The position numbers were made by a program, and so were the translations under genes. The notes below the pieces were generated by a model. That model saw only the letters and a list, made by a program, of their open reading frames with translations. It was not told the DNA's origin and did no database searches. 64,000 nucleotides of DNA, taken from the IMG/VR virus record IMGVR_UViG_3300028175_000001; one strand, 5' to 3'. Below, piece by piece: positions 48,741-57,837 of the stretch. Within the stretch, counting starts at the first letter, position 1. The number at the start of each line of letters is the position of its first letter. The stretch is from a virus (lineage: Duplodnaviria > Caudoviricetes).

Positions 48741-49706
48741 ATGACACAATACAGACACTTATATTGGGATGCAGTAAACAAAGACCTACGACAATATTCT
48801 GATACCGAACTAGAAATTCTTAGTTATTTTCTAAGAAAAAGATATGCGGCTCTTCTAGATGCAGGTACAGGGTATCCAGGCGAAGTAAAAACTTCAGGAT
48901 CATCTCCTTTTGTTTCCATAGGAACAGCTACTAATGGATATAGAATATCCGGAAGCATGACCGAACCAGATGACACAGGCAATTATCAAGGCGCAGAACC
49001 AGACACGATAATTGGCCAACCGGATCAAACAACTTTCACATCTTCATCCGTAACATTTTATCAAAATATGAACCATTCTACAGCGGCCCCCAGTTCAGCA
49101 ACCATAAACAATTCTGGATTATTATATTGGACCTCTCCGGATTTAAAAATAGGCCCAACCACAGAAACAGATCTTCGAGATACGCTTGCTACTCACTGCC
49201 TTCAACAAATGCAAACAGGTGATGAAGTTGGATCTTATAGAGTTGCAGTATCTAATCCAGGAGGCGGAACCTGGTCTGATAAAGGAGCATTTTTTACTGA
49301 TACAATATACGCTAGTAGTCCTTATGGTGCATATAAACTATGGTTAAAAACAGCAAATACTACTGAACCATCAACTCCAGATAATTATACTAGATGGGAC
49401 GGCACTAATAACGAAATACAATTAGAATCTAGCACTTCTTATGATGCTACAGCTAAATTAATAAATGATGTTTATTTAAACATAATTGCAAGAAGACATC
49501 TCGTATATAATGTTGCAACTTCAATTGTTGGAACAAATAAAGGAACTTTTTACGATAAAAAATATCAAAGCACGACTGATACATTAACTGGACCATCAGG
49601 GACACCCTCGATTTATACCAGAACATGGACACCTTCAGGAGCCATAATTGATTCCAGCGGACCCTATTATTTTACTACAAACGGCGAAAGAACACCAACA
49701 CCATAA
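48741..49706 (+). CDS. Ser/Thr/Gly-rich putative virion structural protein
   Basis: Late promoters upstream; S/T/G-rich composition with Y/W residues; no enzyme motifs seen. Confidence 0.55.
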   Translation: MTQYRHLYWDAVNKDLRQYSDTELEILSYFLRKRYAALLDAGTGYPGEVKTSGSSPFVSIGTATNGYRISGSMTEPDDTGNYQGAEPDTIIGQPDQTTFTSSSVTFYQNMNHSTAAPSSATINNSGLLYWTSPDLKIGPTTETDLRDTLATHCLQQMQTGDEVGSYRVAVSNPGGGTWSDKGAFFTDTIYASSPYGAYKLWLKTANTTEPSTPDNYTRWDGTNNEIQLESSTSYDATAKLINDVYLNIIARRHLVYNVATSIVGTNKGTFYDKKYQSTTDTLTGPSGTPSIYTRTWTPSGAIIDSSGPYYFTTNGERTPTP

Positions 49707-49717
49707 AAGGAAACATA

Positions 49718-50530
49718 ATGATTACTCTTAACGAAGCATTTCATGCCTCTGATTACGAAACATGGTTAACATATTGGAGTCGATGCAAAGTCAATACAAT
49801 TTTCCATAAATATCCAGATTATACAGCAGAAGATAATCCTGTATTAGTACGATTTAGAGAAATTCCCGATGGCGAAGATGTAGAAATACCTCATCCAGAC
49901 ATTGAAGTAAAACAAATCGAAACTCATCTAGACACATATTGTTTCAAGACACTACTAAAAGCATTACCCGAAAATCACAGAAACAAAACTTTAGAGGGAA
50001 TACAACTACAATCAGCAAATTTTCATGACGCCATGGCTAAAAGAGAAAAAGATTTTGATGAATTTTTAGAATATAAACTAGCCGGTAATCTTAACATAGA
50101 AACTATTGATAACACAAAACCCATTTCATGGGAATCAATAAGAACTGCTTCAACAGAAGAATTGTTTCAAACAAAACTTGAAATATTTGAAACACAACCA
50201 GTTCAAGAAAGCGATAAAAAAGAATATCGTTCTAATATTAGAAAAGCATCATCAATTATTGAAGCAATGCACTGGTACTATTTAATAGTCAATGATATTG
50301 AAATGTCCACGTCAGAAAAATCAGAAGAAAAAATTCCCGAAAATATAGATATACTACTTGCTGATATTTCTTCAGAAACACTATTTAAATATAAATTACA
50401 GCTTTTCGAAAAAGAAGAAATTCAAAATAGCGAAAACAAAAAAGCTAGAAGCAAACTTAGAAAAGCAACTAATTTAATTGAACTATTTTCAGCTTATAAT
50501 GAAGTGATATTATTAGATAAAAAAGAATAA
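49718..50530 (+). CDS. Hypothetical protein with a duplicated ~45-aa helical repeat
   Basis: STEELFQTKLEIFE...RSNIRKASSIIEAM versus SSETLFKYKLQLFE...RSKLRKATNLIELF. Confidence 0.7.
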   Translation: MITLNEAFHASDYETWLTYWSRCKVNTIFHKYPDYTAEDNPVLVRFREIPDGEDVEIPHPDIEVKQIETHLDTYCFKTLLKALPENHRNKTLEGIQLQSANFHDAMAKREKDFDEFLEYKLAGNLNIETIDNTKPISWESIRTASTEELFQTKLEIFETQPVQESDKKEYRSNIRKASSIIEAMHWYYLIVNDIEMSTSEKSEEKIPENIDILLADISSETLFKYKLQLFEKEEIQNSENKKARSKLRKATNLIELFSAYNEVILLDKKE

Positions 50531-51159
50531 TCAATTTCTTCATTTTTAAAATGTACTATTTTAATATCATCATGAAACCCGTCCAAATAAACATATTCTC
50601 CTGGATACATTGCGTTTATTGAAGCAAGTTCTTTTAAATTTTTTTTATTACACATTCTAGTCACCCATGTTGATGGAAGATATTTCAATTTTAATTTTTT
50701 CTTTACTTGATCTTCTATGAAAAATTGTTCTCCATTAACTGGCCCTGTTGTTATTTTAAGGGTAATATAATATTGCGACCAATAATTAATATTGCCCATA
50801 AATTCATCATAAATGTATTTACAATCTTTCGGATAATACTTTTGAAATCCTCCGCATAATGAATAATTTTCATTCCAAGTATCTTTCCACCAAGATTTGG
50901 CTGTTAAAAATTCCCCTCTTTCTATAGGATAATCGATAGCTTTAGTGTAATCATTAATATAAAAAGTATCAATATCAATTACAAGAACCGGCTCATCAAT
51001 ATCCATATTCATGACTCGTAATTTATTCCATTGTAAATCTACTCCAGGCAATTCATCTCTAATCCATGTAACATTCGATATTTTTGAATTAATATAATCT
51101 TCAACTCTTTGATCATATTTGTCACGTACTCTAACTGCAAATACTTTTGTTTTATTCAT
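50494..51159 (-). CDS. GT-A (GT8-like) nucleotide-sugar transferase, paralog 1
   Basis: WNKL...VLVIDIDT (DxD), GEQFFI, IVHF. Confidence 0.6.
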   Translation of the reverse strand: MNKTKVFAVRVRDKYDQRVEDYINSKISNVTWIRDELPGVDLQWNKLRVMNMDIDEPVLVIDIDTFYINDYTKAIDYPIERGEFLTAKSWWKDTWNENYSLCGGFQKYYPKDCKYIYDEFMGNINYWSQYYITLKITTGPVNGEQFFIEDQVKKKLKLKYLPSTWVTRMCNKKNLKELASINAMYPGEYVYLDGFHDDIKIVHFKNEEIDYSFLSNNITSL

Positions 51160-51950
51160 TCAGATTTTTTAATCATATTAAAATAATTATAAACAACACG
51201 TTCTCTTGCAACTTCTCTATATTCCCATTCAATTTCGGGAATCCACAAACCAGCAGATGAAGCAGATTTTTCTAAAAACCAATGATGGTGATATAAAAAA
51301 ATTTTTGGATCTTTATATTGTTTTTTAACTCTTTCAGTTCCAGCATATTCATTATCTCTAAATCCTTCACCGGGAATGTTTACGTTCAATAAAAATTCCC
51401 TATTCCAAATAGTCGGTTGATGACATAACAAAAACCCCCCATCTTTTTTAGCCTTTAAAATTTTTTTATTTTGTATATAATGGTCTGTTTCTTCGTATTC
51501 ATCTAAAACATAAGGAGAAGTAAGTCGGTGTAATCTCAAACCATTCACATCATTGAATCGTACAAAATTTAATAATTTATTAAATAATATTGCATCAATT
51601 TGCTTAAATGGCCACTGGTCTTCTTGCATGTATAAAACATATTTTGTTTGAACCGAGTTTAAAGCAGTTATAAGTCTATCACTCCATCCTTCATCAATCT
51701 GTTTTGGTCCCCCATAAGTAGGCAACCAATCTCGTTCTTCGATTCCCATATATTTTTTACTTTTACCCGTTTTAATCTGAAGGATTCTAGGATCATTAAA
51801 GGGCAATTCTATTTCTTCATTACAAAAATATATAGGCCAATCTAAATCCAAAAATCCAAAATGATCAAACATAGTATACCAACCATCCCAAAAATGACTG
51901 TATTCATCACACGTATGAATTATAACACTAATATTATTGAGAGGGAGCAT
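51156..51950 (-). CDS. GT2-like glycosyltransferase (start probably at 51950 rather than 52028)
   Basis: ISVIIHTCDEY...WSDRLITALNSVQTKYVLYMQED, CHQPTIWNREFL. Confidence 0.6.
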   Translation of the reverse strand: MLPLNNISVIIHTCDEYSHFWDGWYTMFDHFGFLDLDWPIYFCNEEIELPFNDPRILQIKTGKSKKYMGIEERDWLPTYGGPKQIDEGWSDRLITALNSVQTKYVLYMQEDQWPFKQIDAILFNKLLNFVRFNDVNGLRLHRLTSPYVLDEYEETDHYIQNKKILKAKKDGGFLLCHQPTIWNREFLLNVNIPGEGFRDNEYAGTERVKKQYKDPKIFLYHHHWFLEKSASSAGLWIPEIEWEYREVARERVVYNYFNMIKKSE

Positions 51951-53025
51951 CGTTCCAAATATTACAAAGTAAAATACGTTCTTTTGTTTCTGGTTTAGTG
52001 AAATCATATTCTCTAAAGAATTTATCATTCACATAAATTGTTATATTTTCAAGATCATCTTCAGAAAAAAAATCTGTTCTGTAACCCCAATCAGCACAAG
52101 TAAAAGAAGAATAATGAACATTATTTCTAAAAATAGAACAATTTATTTCTCCTTTTGGGGGCATAGCAAAAAACCTATATCCCCGATTTGGTTCATACCA
52201 AGCAAGACAGATCCAGGGATATTCGGCATCAGTATAAATTTTTTGTTTTTCGAAACCCGTTCTTTGAACAGATGTTTCAAGATCTTTTATCTCAACATTT
52301 TCTTCAAAGGAATCTTCCTGCTTATTCAGGTAAGATATACCCAACACATAACCCAATAACTCTTCACCTATATGAAGACCATGATTAATCATCATCTGTT
52401 TAAGATGCTGATCAGAATACATACTCAATCTACGATATAAAAAATTTACATTACACGACATAATTAATGTCATAATCTGCCAATGTCTAATTTTATCCCC
52501 AACATAGTGTTCACCATCAGGCGCATTTAAATCTTCTGTTTCACGTTTATAAAATACTGCTTGTTTTCCTTGAGTTTCTATAATATCATAATTTTCTATT
52601 AATTCGTCATCAAATGGCAAAAATCCATCATAATCAAATAAATGGATTACTTTTTTATTAAGCAATTTCGCATATGTAACCCCTGCGAGTAATAATCGTA
52701 AAACTGCAAATATTGTATTATTTTTAAAAAATTCTCTACTTGCAATATTAAAAATAGGAGACACGTTACCTTCATCATCAAGTTCATAAGCATAATGAAT
52801 TAAATATCCTTTCAATTCAGGATCATCGACCAACATATTATCTTTATCATAAATTGCATAATCTACTAATTCCTGAGTGTCTTTGTCAAGAGGCAAATGA
52901 CTCGTAATCAAAACATCATACCCAAAAGATTTAAACTGTTTTATAAATTTATGACATACAGACTTTCTTTCTTCATCAGACAAATAAGCATGTATCAAAA
53001 TTATTTCATTTGTTTTGTCTATCAT
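51934..53025 (-). CDS. Hypothetical protein, possible GT-A fold
   Basis: HAYL...GYDVLITSHLP...VDYAIYDKDN; IHLFDYDG (DxD-like). Confidence 0.5.
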   Translation of the reverse strand: MIDKTNEIILIHAYLSDEERKSVCHKFIKQFKSFGYDVLITSHLPLDKDTQELVDYAIYDKDNMLVDDPELKGYLIHYAYELDDEGNVSPIFNIASREFFKNNTIFAVLRLLLAGVTYAKLLNKKVIHLFDYDGFLPFDDELIENYDIIETQGKQAVFYKRETEDLNAPDGEHYVGDKIRHWQIMTLIMSCNVNFLYRRLSMYSDQHLKQMMINHGLHIGEELLGYVLGISYLNKQEDSFEENVEIKDLETSVQRTGFEKQKIYTDAEYPWICLAWYEPNRGYRFFAMPPKGEINCSIFRNNVHYSSFTCADWGYRTDFFSEDDLENITIYVNDKFFREYDFTKPETKERILLCNIWNDAPSQ

Positions 53026-53030
53026 ATGTT

Positions 53031-53501
53031 TTAAATGTTATTTTGTTGCATTATCCACCCAACTAAAGAATATTTTATTCCTTTTAAAACAGGCTTTACT
53101 CTATGTTCTAATTTCGAATCAAACCTAAGACAATCTCCCACACTCAATTCTATGGAATCACTGTCTTTAATTTCAAAAGATCCTCCTCGATATTCAGCAT
53201 TTAAAGGTATAACACATGTTTCTATTCTTTTACAAGTTGACCGAGCAGTATCAAAATCGTTATGCCAATGATAATAATTTAACTTAGAATATTCTGAAAA
53301 CTGAAATACCATATTAGAACTATTAAATTTTTTTTCCAATTCAAAATCATTTAACCAAATAAAAACCTTAGATCTTCTTTCATCAGAAAATTCACTATTT
53401 ACAACTCTAGCAAAACGAACCTTTTTTCTACAAGATACGATAAGATCAAAACATTCTTCTTTTGTCAATAAGTTTCTAATAATCTGTATTTTTTTGTCCA
53501 T
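53031..53501 (-). CDS. 2OG-Fe(II) oxygenase (prolyl-4-hydroxylase-like)
   Basis: HWHND (HxD), YRGGSF, HRVKPVLKGIKYSLVGW. The start region overlaps the upstream gene, so the exact start is uncertain. Confidence 0.85.
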   Translation of the reverse strand: MDKKIQIIRNLLTKEECFDLIVSCRKKVRFARVVNSEFSDERRSKVFIWLNDFELEKKFNSSNMVFQFSEYSKLNYYHWHNDFDTARSTCKRIETCVIPLNAEYRGGSFEIKDSDSIELSVGDCLRFDSKLEHRVKPVLKGIKYSLVGWIMQQNNI

Positions 53502-54031
53502 TCTTCTGTTTTCATTGCAGGCGCAAAATCATGATTAAATAAACAAATTGAATGTTCCAATTCGTCTCTATTCCAAGGATAAGACCAACACACTTTATCA
53601 TAAATTTTATAATCTATTTCTCTGTAAATATATTCATCGATGCCTTTCCAATATTTTACTCTGCTATAATCTTCATCTTCATAAAATTTATCATAAATAT
53701 GAACATGATTTCCCTTCCACGACATTATTGAAGAGTTTAAAGGGGTATGAAGCGAATCTCTCCACCAGGCAGTAAGAAGAGTAAAATCGTCTTTAATTAA
53801 ATGAGATATGGGACCCTTAATAATTATATCTAAATCGAAATATAAATAATTTACATCATTAACACATTCTTTAAACATTTGCAATTTATCAAAAACAGCA
53901 CCTTCTCCATCTCTTATTATATAAACGTTTTCATATTTCAATTTTCCATGTTCACGAATCATATGAAGAATATTATCAACATACCACTCATCATATTTAT
54001 TTCCCGTACATACGAGAACAACGGTTACCAT
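53465..54031 (-). CDS. GT-A (GT8-like) transferase, paralog 2
   Basis: VLVCTGNKYDEWYV, DKLQMF, LYFDLDIII, NSSIMSW, GIDEYI. Confidence 0.65.
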   Translation of the reverse strand: MVTVVLVCTGNKYDEWYVDNILHMIREHGKLKYENVYIIRDGEGAVFDKLQMFKECVNDVNYLYFDLDIIIKGPISHLIKDDFTLLTAWWRDSLHTPLNSSIMSWKGNHVHIYDKFYEDEDYSRVKYWKGIDEYIYREIDYKIYDKVCWSYPWNRDELEHSICLFNHDFAPAMKTEEWTKKYRLLETY

Positions 54032-54879
54032 TTCCCTATCACCATAAATCTGTCATATAACGGTAAGGAGCGTTTTCCTTTATATAAAACATCTTTAATT
54101 TGATTTTTTTCAACCAACTCATTAACATCTTTTACACAATTTATATGATCATCTAACTCAAAATAATTATTTGATTGTATTGCTATAGTAGGTTTTATTG
54201 GATAATCTTTATAGCAGTCTTTCATTAAAGCAATATCAGCCATATGTTCTGAAGAAGTGTTTATTATTAATTGCCGTCTTCTCAATTCTGTACGTTCAAA
54301 AAAATCTCCAAATTGTGCAATTTTAAATTTTTCATCAAAGTGATTTTTATACTGTGCAAATATTTTATGACAATTTTCATCCAAATCATATAAATCAATT
54401 TGAGATATGTTGAAATTTTTCGACAACATTTCAATTAATGGATATCCAAACCACGAACCGATTATATCAATATGAAGATCCCCCGAATATTGTATTTTTT
54501 TTAGTTCTTGAGAAAGCCACAATTTAGATTCATATTGACCTTGAGATACGGAATCATCAAAATTATTAGAATACGACGGCAGATTATTATTAACCCACTG
54601 ATTAACCCAATAATATGGAGTTTCTCGATTATCATTTTCACACATAGAAATTTTTTCTTTATGTTCTCCAATAGTATCTCTAATCGAACCAATTTCTGTA
54701 TTGTGTTCTCCAATAGTATCTCTAATCGAACCAATTTCTGTATTGTGTTTTCCGATTTCTGTATTGTGTTCTCCAATAGTGTCTTTAATCAAACCAATTT
54801 GATCATTATAAGATCCTATTTCAATATTATGAAGACTTATATCGTTTTTATTTTTTCGCCAATTATAAATTTGTTCCAT
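54025..54879 (-). CDS. Class I SAM methyltransferase-like protein with an N-terminal heptad repeat (start probably at 54879)
   Basis: QYESKLWL, IDIIGSWFG, DLYDLD, INTSSEHM, QSNNY...HINC, YDRFMVIG. Confidence 0.65.
   Translation of the reverse strand: MEQIYNWRKNKNDISLHNIEIGSYNDQIGLIKDTIGEHNTEIGKHNTEIGSIRDTIGEHNTEIGSIRDTIGEHKEKISMCENDNRETPYYWVNQWVNNNLPSYSNNFDDSVSQGQYESKLWLSQELKKIQYSGDLHIDIIGSWFGYPLIEMLSKNFNISQIDLYDLDENCHKIFAQYKNHFDEKFKIAQFGDFFERTELRRRQLIINTSSEHMADIALMKDCYKDYPIKPTIAIQSNNYFELDDHINCVKDVNELVEKNQIKDVLYKGKRSLPLYDRFMVIGKW
54660..54820 (-). repeat. 21-nt-unit tandem repeat encoding IG-x5 heptads
   Basis: Perfect 42-nt duplication at 54662-54703 and 54704-54745 plus degenerate 21-nt units; protein IGSYNDQ IGLIKDT IGEHNTE IGKHNTE IGSIRDT IGEHNTE IGSIRDT IGEHKEK. 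Confidence 0.9.
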
Positions 54880-55282
54880 ATACACAATATTGTTTATATT
54901 TTTTATTTTTACATTGTATTTCGAATGAATCAAAAACTTCTGTTAATTCATTATCATCGACCAGTTTATTAATCGAACAAATAGGATTACAATCACCATT
55001 ATGTTCTTTATCATCACCTTTTAAAATGAAAATTCCTTTATGCATTCGACCCACAGGATATGTTTTTTCACAATTATAATGTAATACACAAGTATGCAAT
55101 TTAACATCATCAAACACAAAATCATTACACCTAACATTTGACATATATCTAAAATTAATATCATAATTTATATTATCAATTTCCATATCCAATCCCCTCA
55201 AAGTCTTGATAAACTTAAAATTGGGACAACATAATACAGATATTTTTTCGTGATTTACAGCCCAATAGAATAAGTTTTCCAT
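54863..55282 (-). CDS. Short methyltransferase-like paralog of the downstream gene
   Basis: LHYNCEKTY...ILKGDDKEHNGDCNPICSINKLVDDN parallels INTSSEHM...IQSNNYFELDDHINCVKDVNELVEKN. Confidence 0.45.
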   Translation of the reverse strand: MENLFYWAVNHEKISVLCCPNFKFIKTLRGLDMEIDNINYDINFRYMSNVRCNDFVFDDVKLHTCVLHYNCEKTYPVGRMHKGIFILKGDDKEHNGDCNPICSINKLVDDNELTEVFDSFEIQCKNKKYKQYCVYGTNL

Positions 55283-56061
55283 AATTCCTGTACAGGTGAT
55301 TCATGTAATTCATAGTGTTTGATATCTTTCATATTTTTATTATTGAAAAGATGAGATGTATTGAACAATGTCACTTTATTTTTTAATTGATATTGTTCTT
55401 TATTATAGTTTGAAAATAGGTCTTTTTCCCACAAATTCAATTTATTATTTCTATGATGCTGATAAAACAAATATTTGTCTAAACTTTTATATGTCCATTT
55501 TATCTTTTCCCAATTATTTTTAGTATAAGTTAAAAGCCAAGAAGCTGTCCCTTTATCCCATGCAACAAATGATGAGTTTGTATGACAAGACACTCCGCGA
55601 CCATAATTGAATAAACTAATTTTTTCATAATCATTCCAATAGTTCCATATAAATGTAATATTATGATGTTTTCTTGTTATCAATTCGGTTATATCTTCAT
55701 GAACCAATACATCTAAATCTATCCAAATATTTTTATCATATTCGTCATTATCAATAAGAAATAATTTTTCATATGTAAAAACTCTCTTTGTATCATATGG
55801 CCTAAGTTCTTGTATATCCTTTGTTTCGATTCTAGAAGATATTCCTCTAGAATCATCAGTATAGCACACAAAATGAAATGGAACTCGACAATATTTCAAC
55901 AATCCACCATACGTTCTATTAACATAATCAAAATTATATTTTGTACCCCACTTGAGACAATTAATTTTAATCTTATTCATAGATAAACAATGGCTCCATT
56001 TTTTTGAACGACTCATCAGGATCATCATATGGCACGTCTTTGACAAACCAAGATTTATCAA
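55255..56061 (-). CDS. GT-A (GT8-like) transferase, paralog 3 (true start likely MNKIKINC near 55980)
   Basis: CLKWGTKY...FVCYTDD, YEKLFL, IWIDLDVLV, NSSFVAW, LDKYL. Confidence 0.7.
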   Translation of the reverse strand: MINLGLSKTCHMMILMSRSKKWSHCLSMNKIKINCLKWGTKYNFDYVNRTYGGLLKYCRVPFHFVCYTDDSRGISSRIETKDIQELRPYDTKRVFTYEKLFLIDNDEYDKNIWIDLDVLVHEDITELITRKHHNITFIWNYWNDYEKISLFNYGRGVSCHTNSSFVAWDKGTASWLLTYTKNNWEKIKWTYKSLDKYLFYQHHRNNKLNLWEKDLFSNYNKEQYQLKNKVTLFNTSHLFNNKNMKDIKHYELHESPVQELWKTYSIGL

Positions 56062-56806
56062 TTTTATTATACATTATAACATCATAAACTAATTGGGCAA
56101 ACTTCATGTTTTGTTCTGATGTCATGTGATTTAATAAAAAAATATCACTGTTGGACGCTTGACCAACTATATGCCCAATGGGAATTTTCACATAATCAAA
56201 ATTACTCGAATCCAAAGAATCAAATATTAACGAATTCAATAATTTGGTAGAGGTTATATTAAAATTTTTATAATAACTTATATAATGATCTAAACTAAAA
56301 CAAGTGAAAACTATAAATCTAATATTTTTAAAGTTGTTAGCTATTAATCGCAAAAAAGAAATATTTTTTACATTTTCATACAAAAACATTGGTCCTAAAG
56401 ATTGTGCAATAATTTTAATTTCATTACCAAGTTTTAAAATACTTTCGAAGTTCTGAGACGTGTTCCCCGCAACTTTTTTCATGAAATGAGCATCTCCCGC
56501 ATAATCATCTTCTGCTATTTGAAAAATACCATAAGCCGAATCATTTTTATTTTTCAAAAACGAAAAGTTTAGTCTTTTTTGATCTGACAAAGCCACAAAT
56601 ACTGTATCATGCGGTTTAATAAGTTCTTCTTCTAATTGAAAAACAAGTTTTGTTAAGGCATCATTGGGACCCGATCCGGCCTTCCCAAAACCCCGCACGT
56701 TTTCCTTTTTCAATACTGACAATCGATGAGGCCAACAACATTTGTCTGTAACATTTTCACAAATACAAGCAAAACTATCTCCAAAAATATGAATTGTCAT
56801 TTCCAC
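55973..56806 (-). CDS. SGNH/GDSL-like hydrolase or acyltransferase
   Basis: N-terminal IFGDSF, GKAGSGPN, C-terminal NHMT...N..FA. Confidence 0.5.
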   Translation of the reverse strand: MEMTIHIFGDSFACICENVTDKCCWPHRLSVLKKENVRGFGKAGSGPNDALTKLVFQLEEELIKPHDTVFVALSDQKRLNFSFLKNKNDSAYGIFQIAEDDYAGDAHFMKKVAGNTSQNFESILKLGNEIKIIAQSLGPMFLYENVKNISFLRLIANNFKNIRFIVFTCFSLDHYISYYKNFNITSTKLLNSLIFDSLDSSNFDYVKIPIGHIVGQASNSDIFLLNHMTSEQNMKFAQLVYDVIMYNKIDKSWFVKDVPYDDPDESFKKMEPLFIYE

Positions 56807-57837
56807 TGATCTCCAAATGTATCAAACCCTGTACCGCATTTTTCTGCACACACTATTGATTTTCCCTGTGAACAAGAACTCATATTCCAAGACTGTTCTA
56901 TTTTTCTGAAAAAACTTCCTTCTATTATTTCATTTAATGGTTTATATAAAGCATTAATGTTTTTAATATCATCTAGATAATACCATATCTGGTTCTGTCC
57001 TAATTGTTCATATAATTTATATAATTTTCCAGCAGTCCAACAACAGGGGGTAACCAATCCCTCTGCTGAAATATAAATTTCTCTTGACTTTAAAGATTTA
57101 CATTCTATTCCAGTACTGTCTAAATAATTTTGAAAAGTGCCGTGATAGTTAAGCAGTTTATCATATTCGTTTACACTTTTATTTTGATGTTCTTTTTTGA
57201 TTGGAGGCTTAATTTCATTTCCTTTAATAGTTGTTTTTTTGAATATTTTATCATCTTTATAGCTTTGAACCCATCTACCAGTTTTTTTCTTTATAAAATC
57301 AAGACCGAATAATTTAGCCATACGTTCTGCTTCTTCCACTTGATGCTCATTGTGTTCAAATATCAAAAACACCCAAACACCTTTTCCGCCTGCTTGCGTA
57401 AACACATCCATTGAATTTTCAACTCGGGCCCAATCAACATTTACTCGATATAAATGATTCGTATCATCCAAACCATCTACCGAAAAAGACACTCTACCGT
57501 GATGTCCAAAAATTCCTGCAAGTCTTTTCCACCAATCATCTGATCGTCCTCCAGCATTTGTAGTCATATGAAGATATAAGTCTTTATTATTATATCGCAA
57601 CCATTCATATATGTCAAGGGAGTCTTTTGCCGCCAGGGGGTCTCCATGATTGCCACACATGAGAAAACTAGTCAATTGTTGTGCTAAACTAACATCGATA
57701 ATTTGTTTAAATTGATCAATAGAAATTTCAGCATTCTTTATGTGTGGATTATTGGTTCTATCACACATAGGACACATTGCTTGACATTTTTGTGTAGGCT
57801 CAAAATGTATATGTCTTATATCATTAAGTCTGTACAT
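56797..57837 (-). CDS. Radical SAM enzyme with a C-terminal SPASM/twitch-like domain
   Basis: KCQAMCPMC (CX3CX2C), GNHGDP, MTTNAG, SVDG; C-terminal PCC...C...CAEKC. Confidence 0.9.
   Translation of the reverse strand: MYRLNDIRHIHFEPTQKCQAMCPMCDRTNNPHIKNAEISIDQFKQIIDVSLAQQLTSFLMCGNHGDPLAAKDSLDIYEWLRYNNKDLYLHMTTNAGGRSDDWWKRLAGIFGHHGRVSFSVDGLDDTNHLYRVNVDWARVENSMDVFTQAGGKGVWVFLIFEHNEHQVEEAERMAKLFGLDFIKKKTGRWVQSYKDDKIFKKTTIKGNEIKPPIKKEHQNKSVNEYDKLLNYHGTFQNYLDSTGIECKSLKSREIYISAEGLVTPCCWTAGKLYKLYEQLGQNQIWYYLDDIKNINALYKPLNEIIEGSFFRKIEQSWNMSSCSQGKSIVCAEKCGTGFDTFGDQWK

Noticed and set aside
54660-54820. Possible CRISPR-like array
   Set aside because: Units are contiguous with no unique spacers, stay in frame within a CDS, and no cas genes are present.
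54501-54972. Repetitive ORFs 54501-54776 (-) and 54508-54972 (+)
   Set aside because: Alternative-frame and antisense read-outs of the same 21/42-nt repeat inside the methyltransferase gene.
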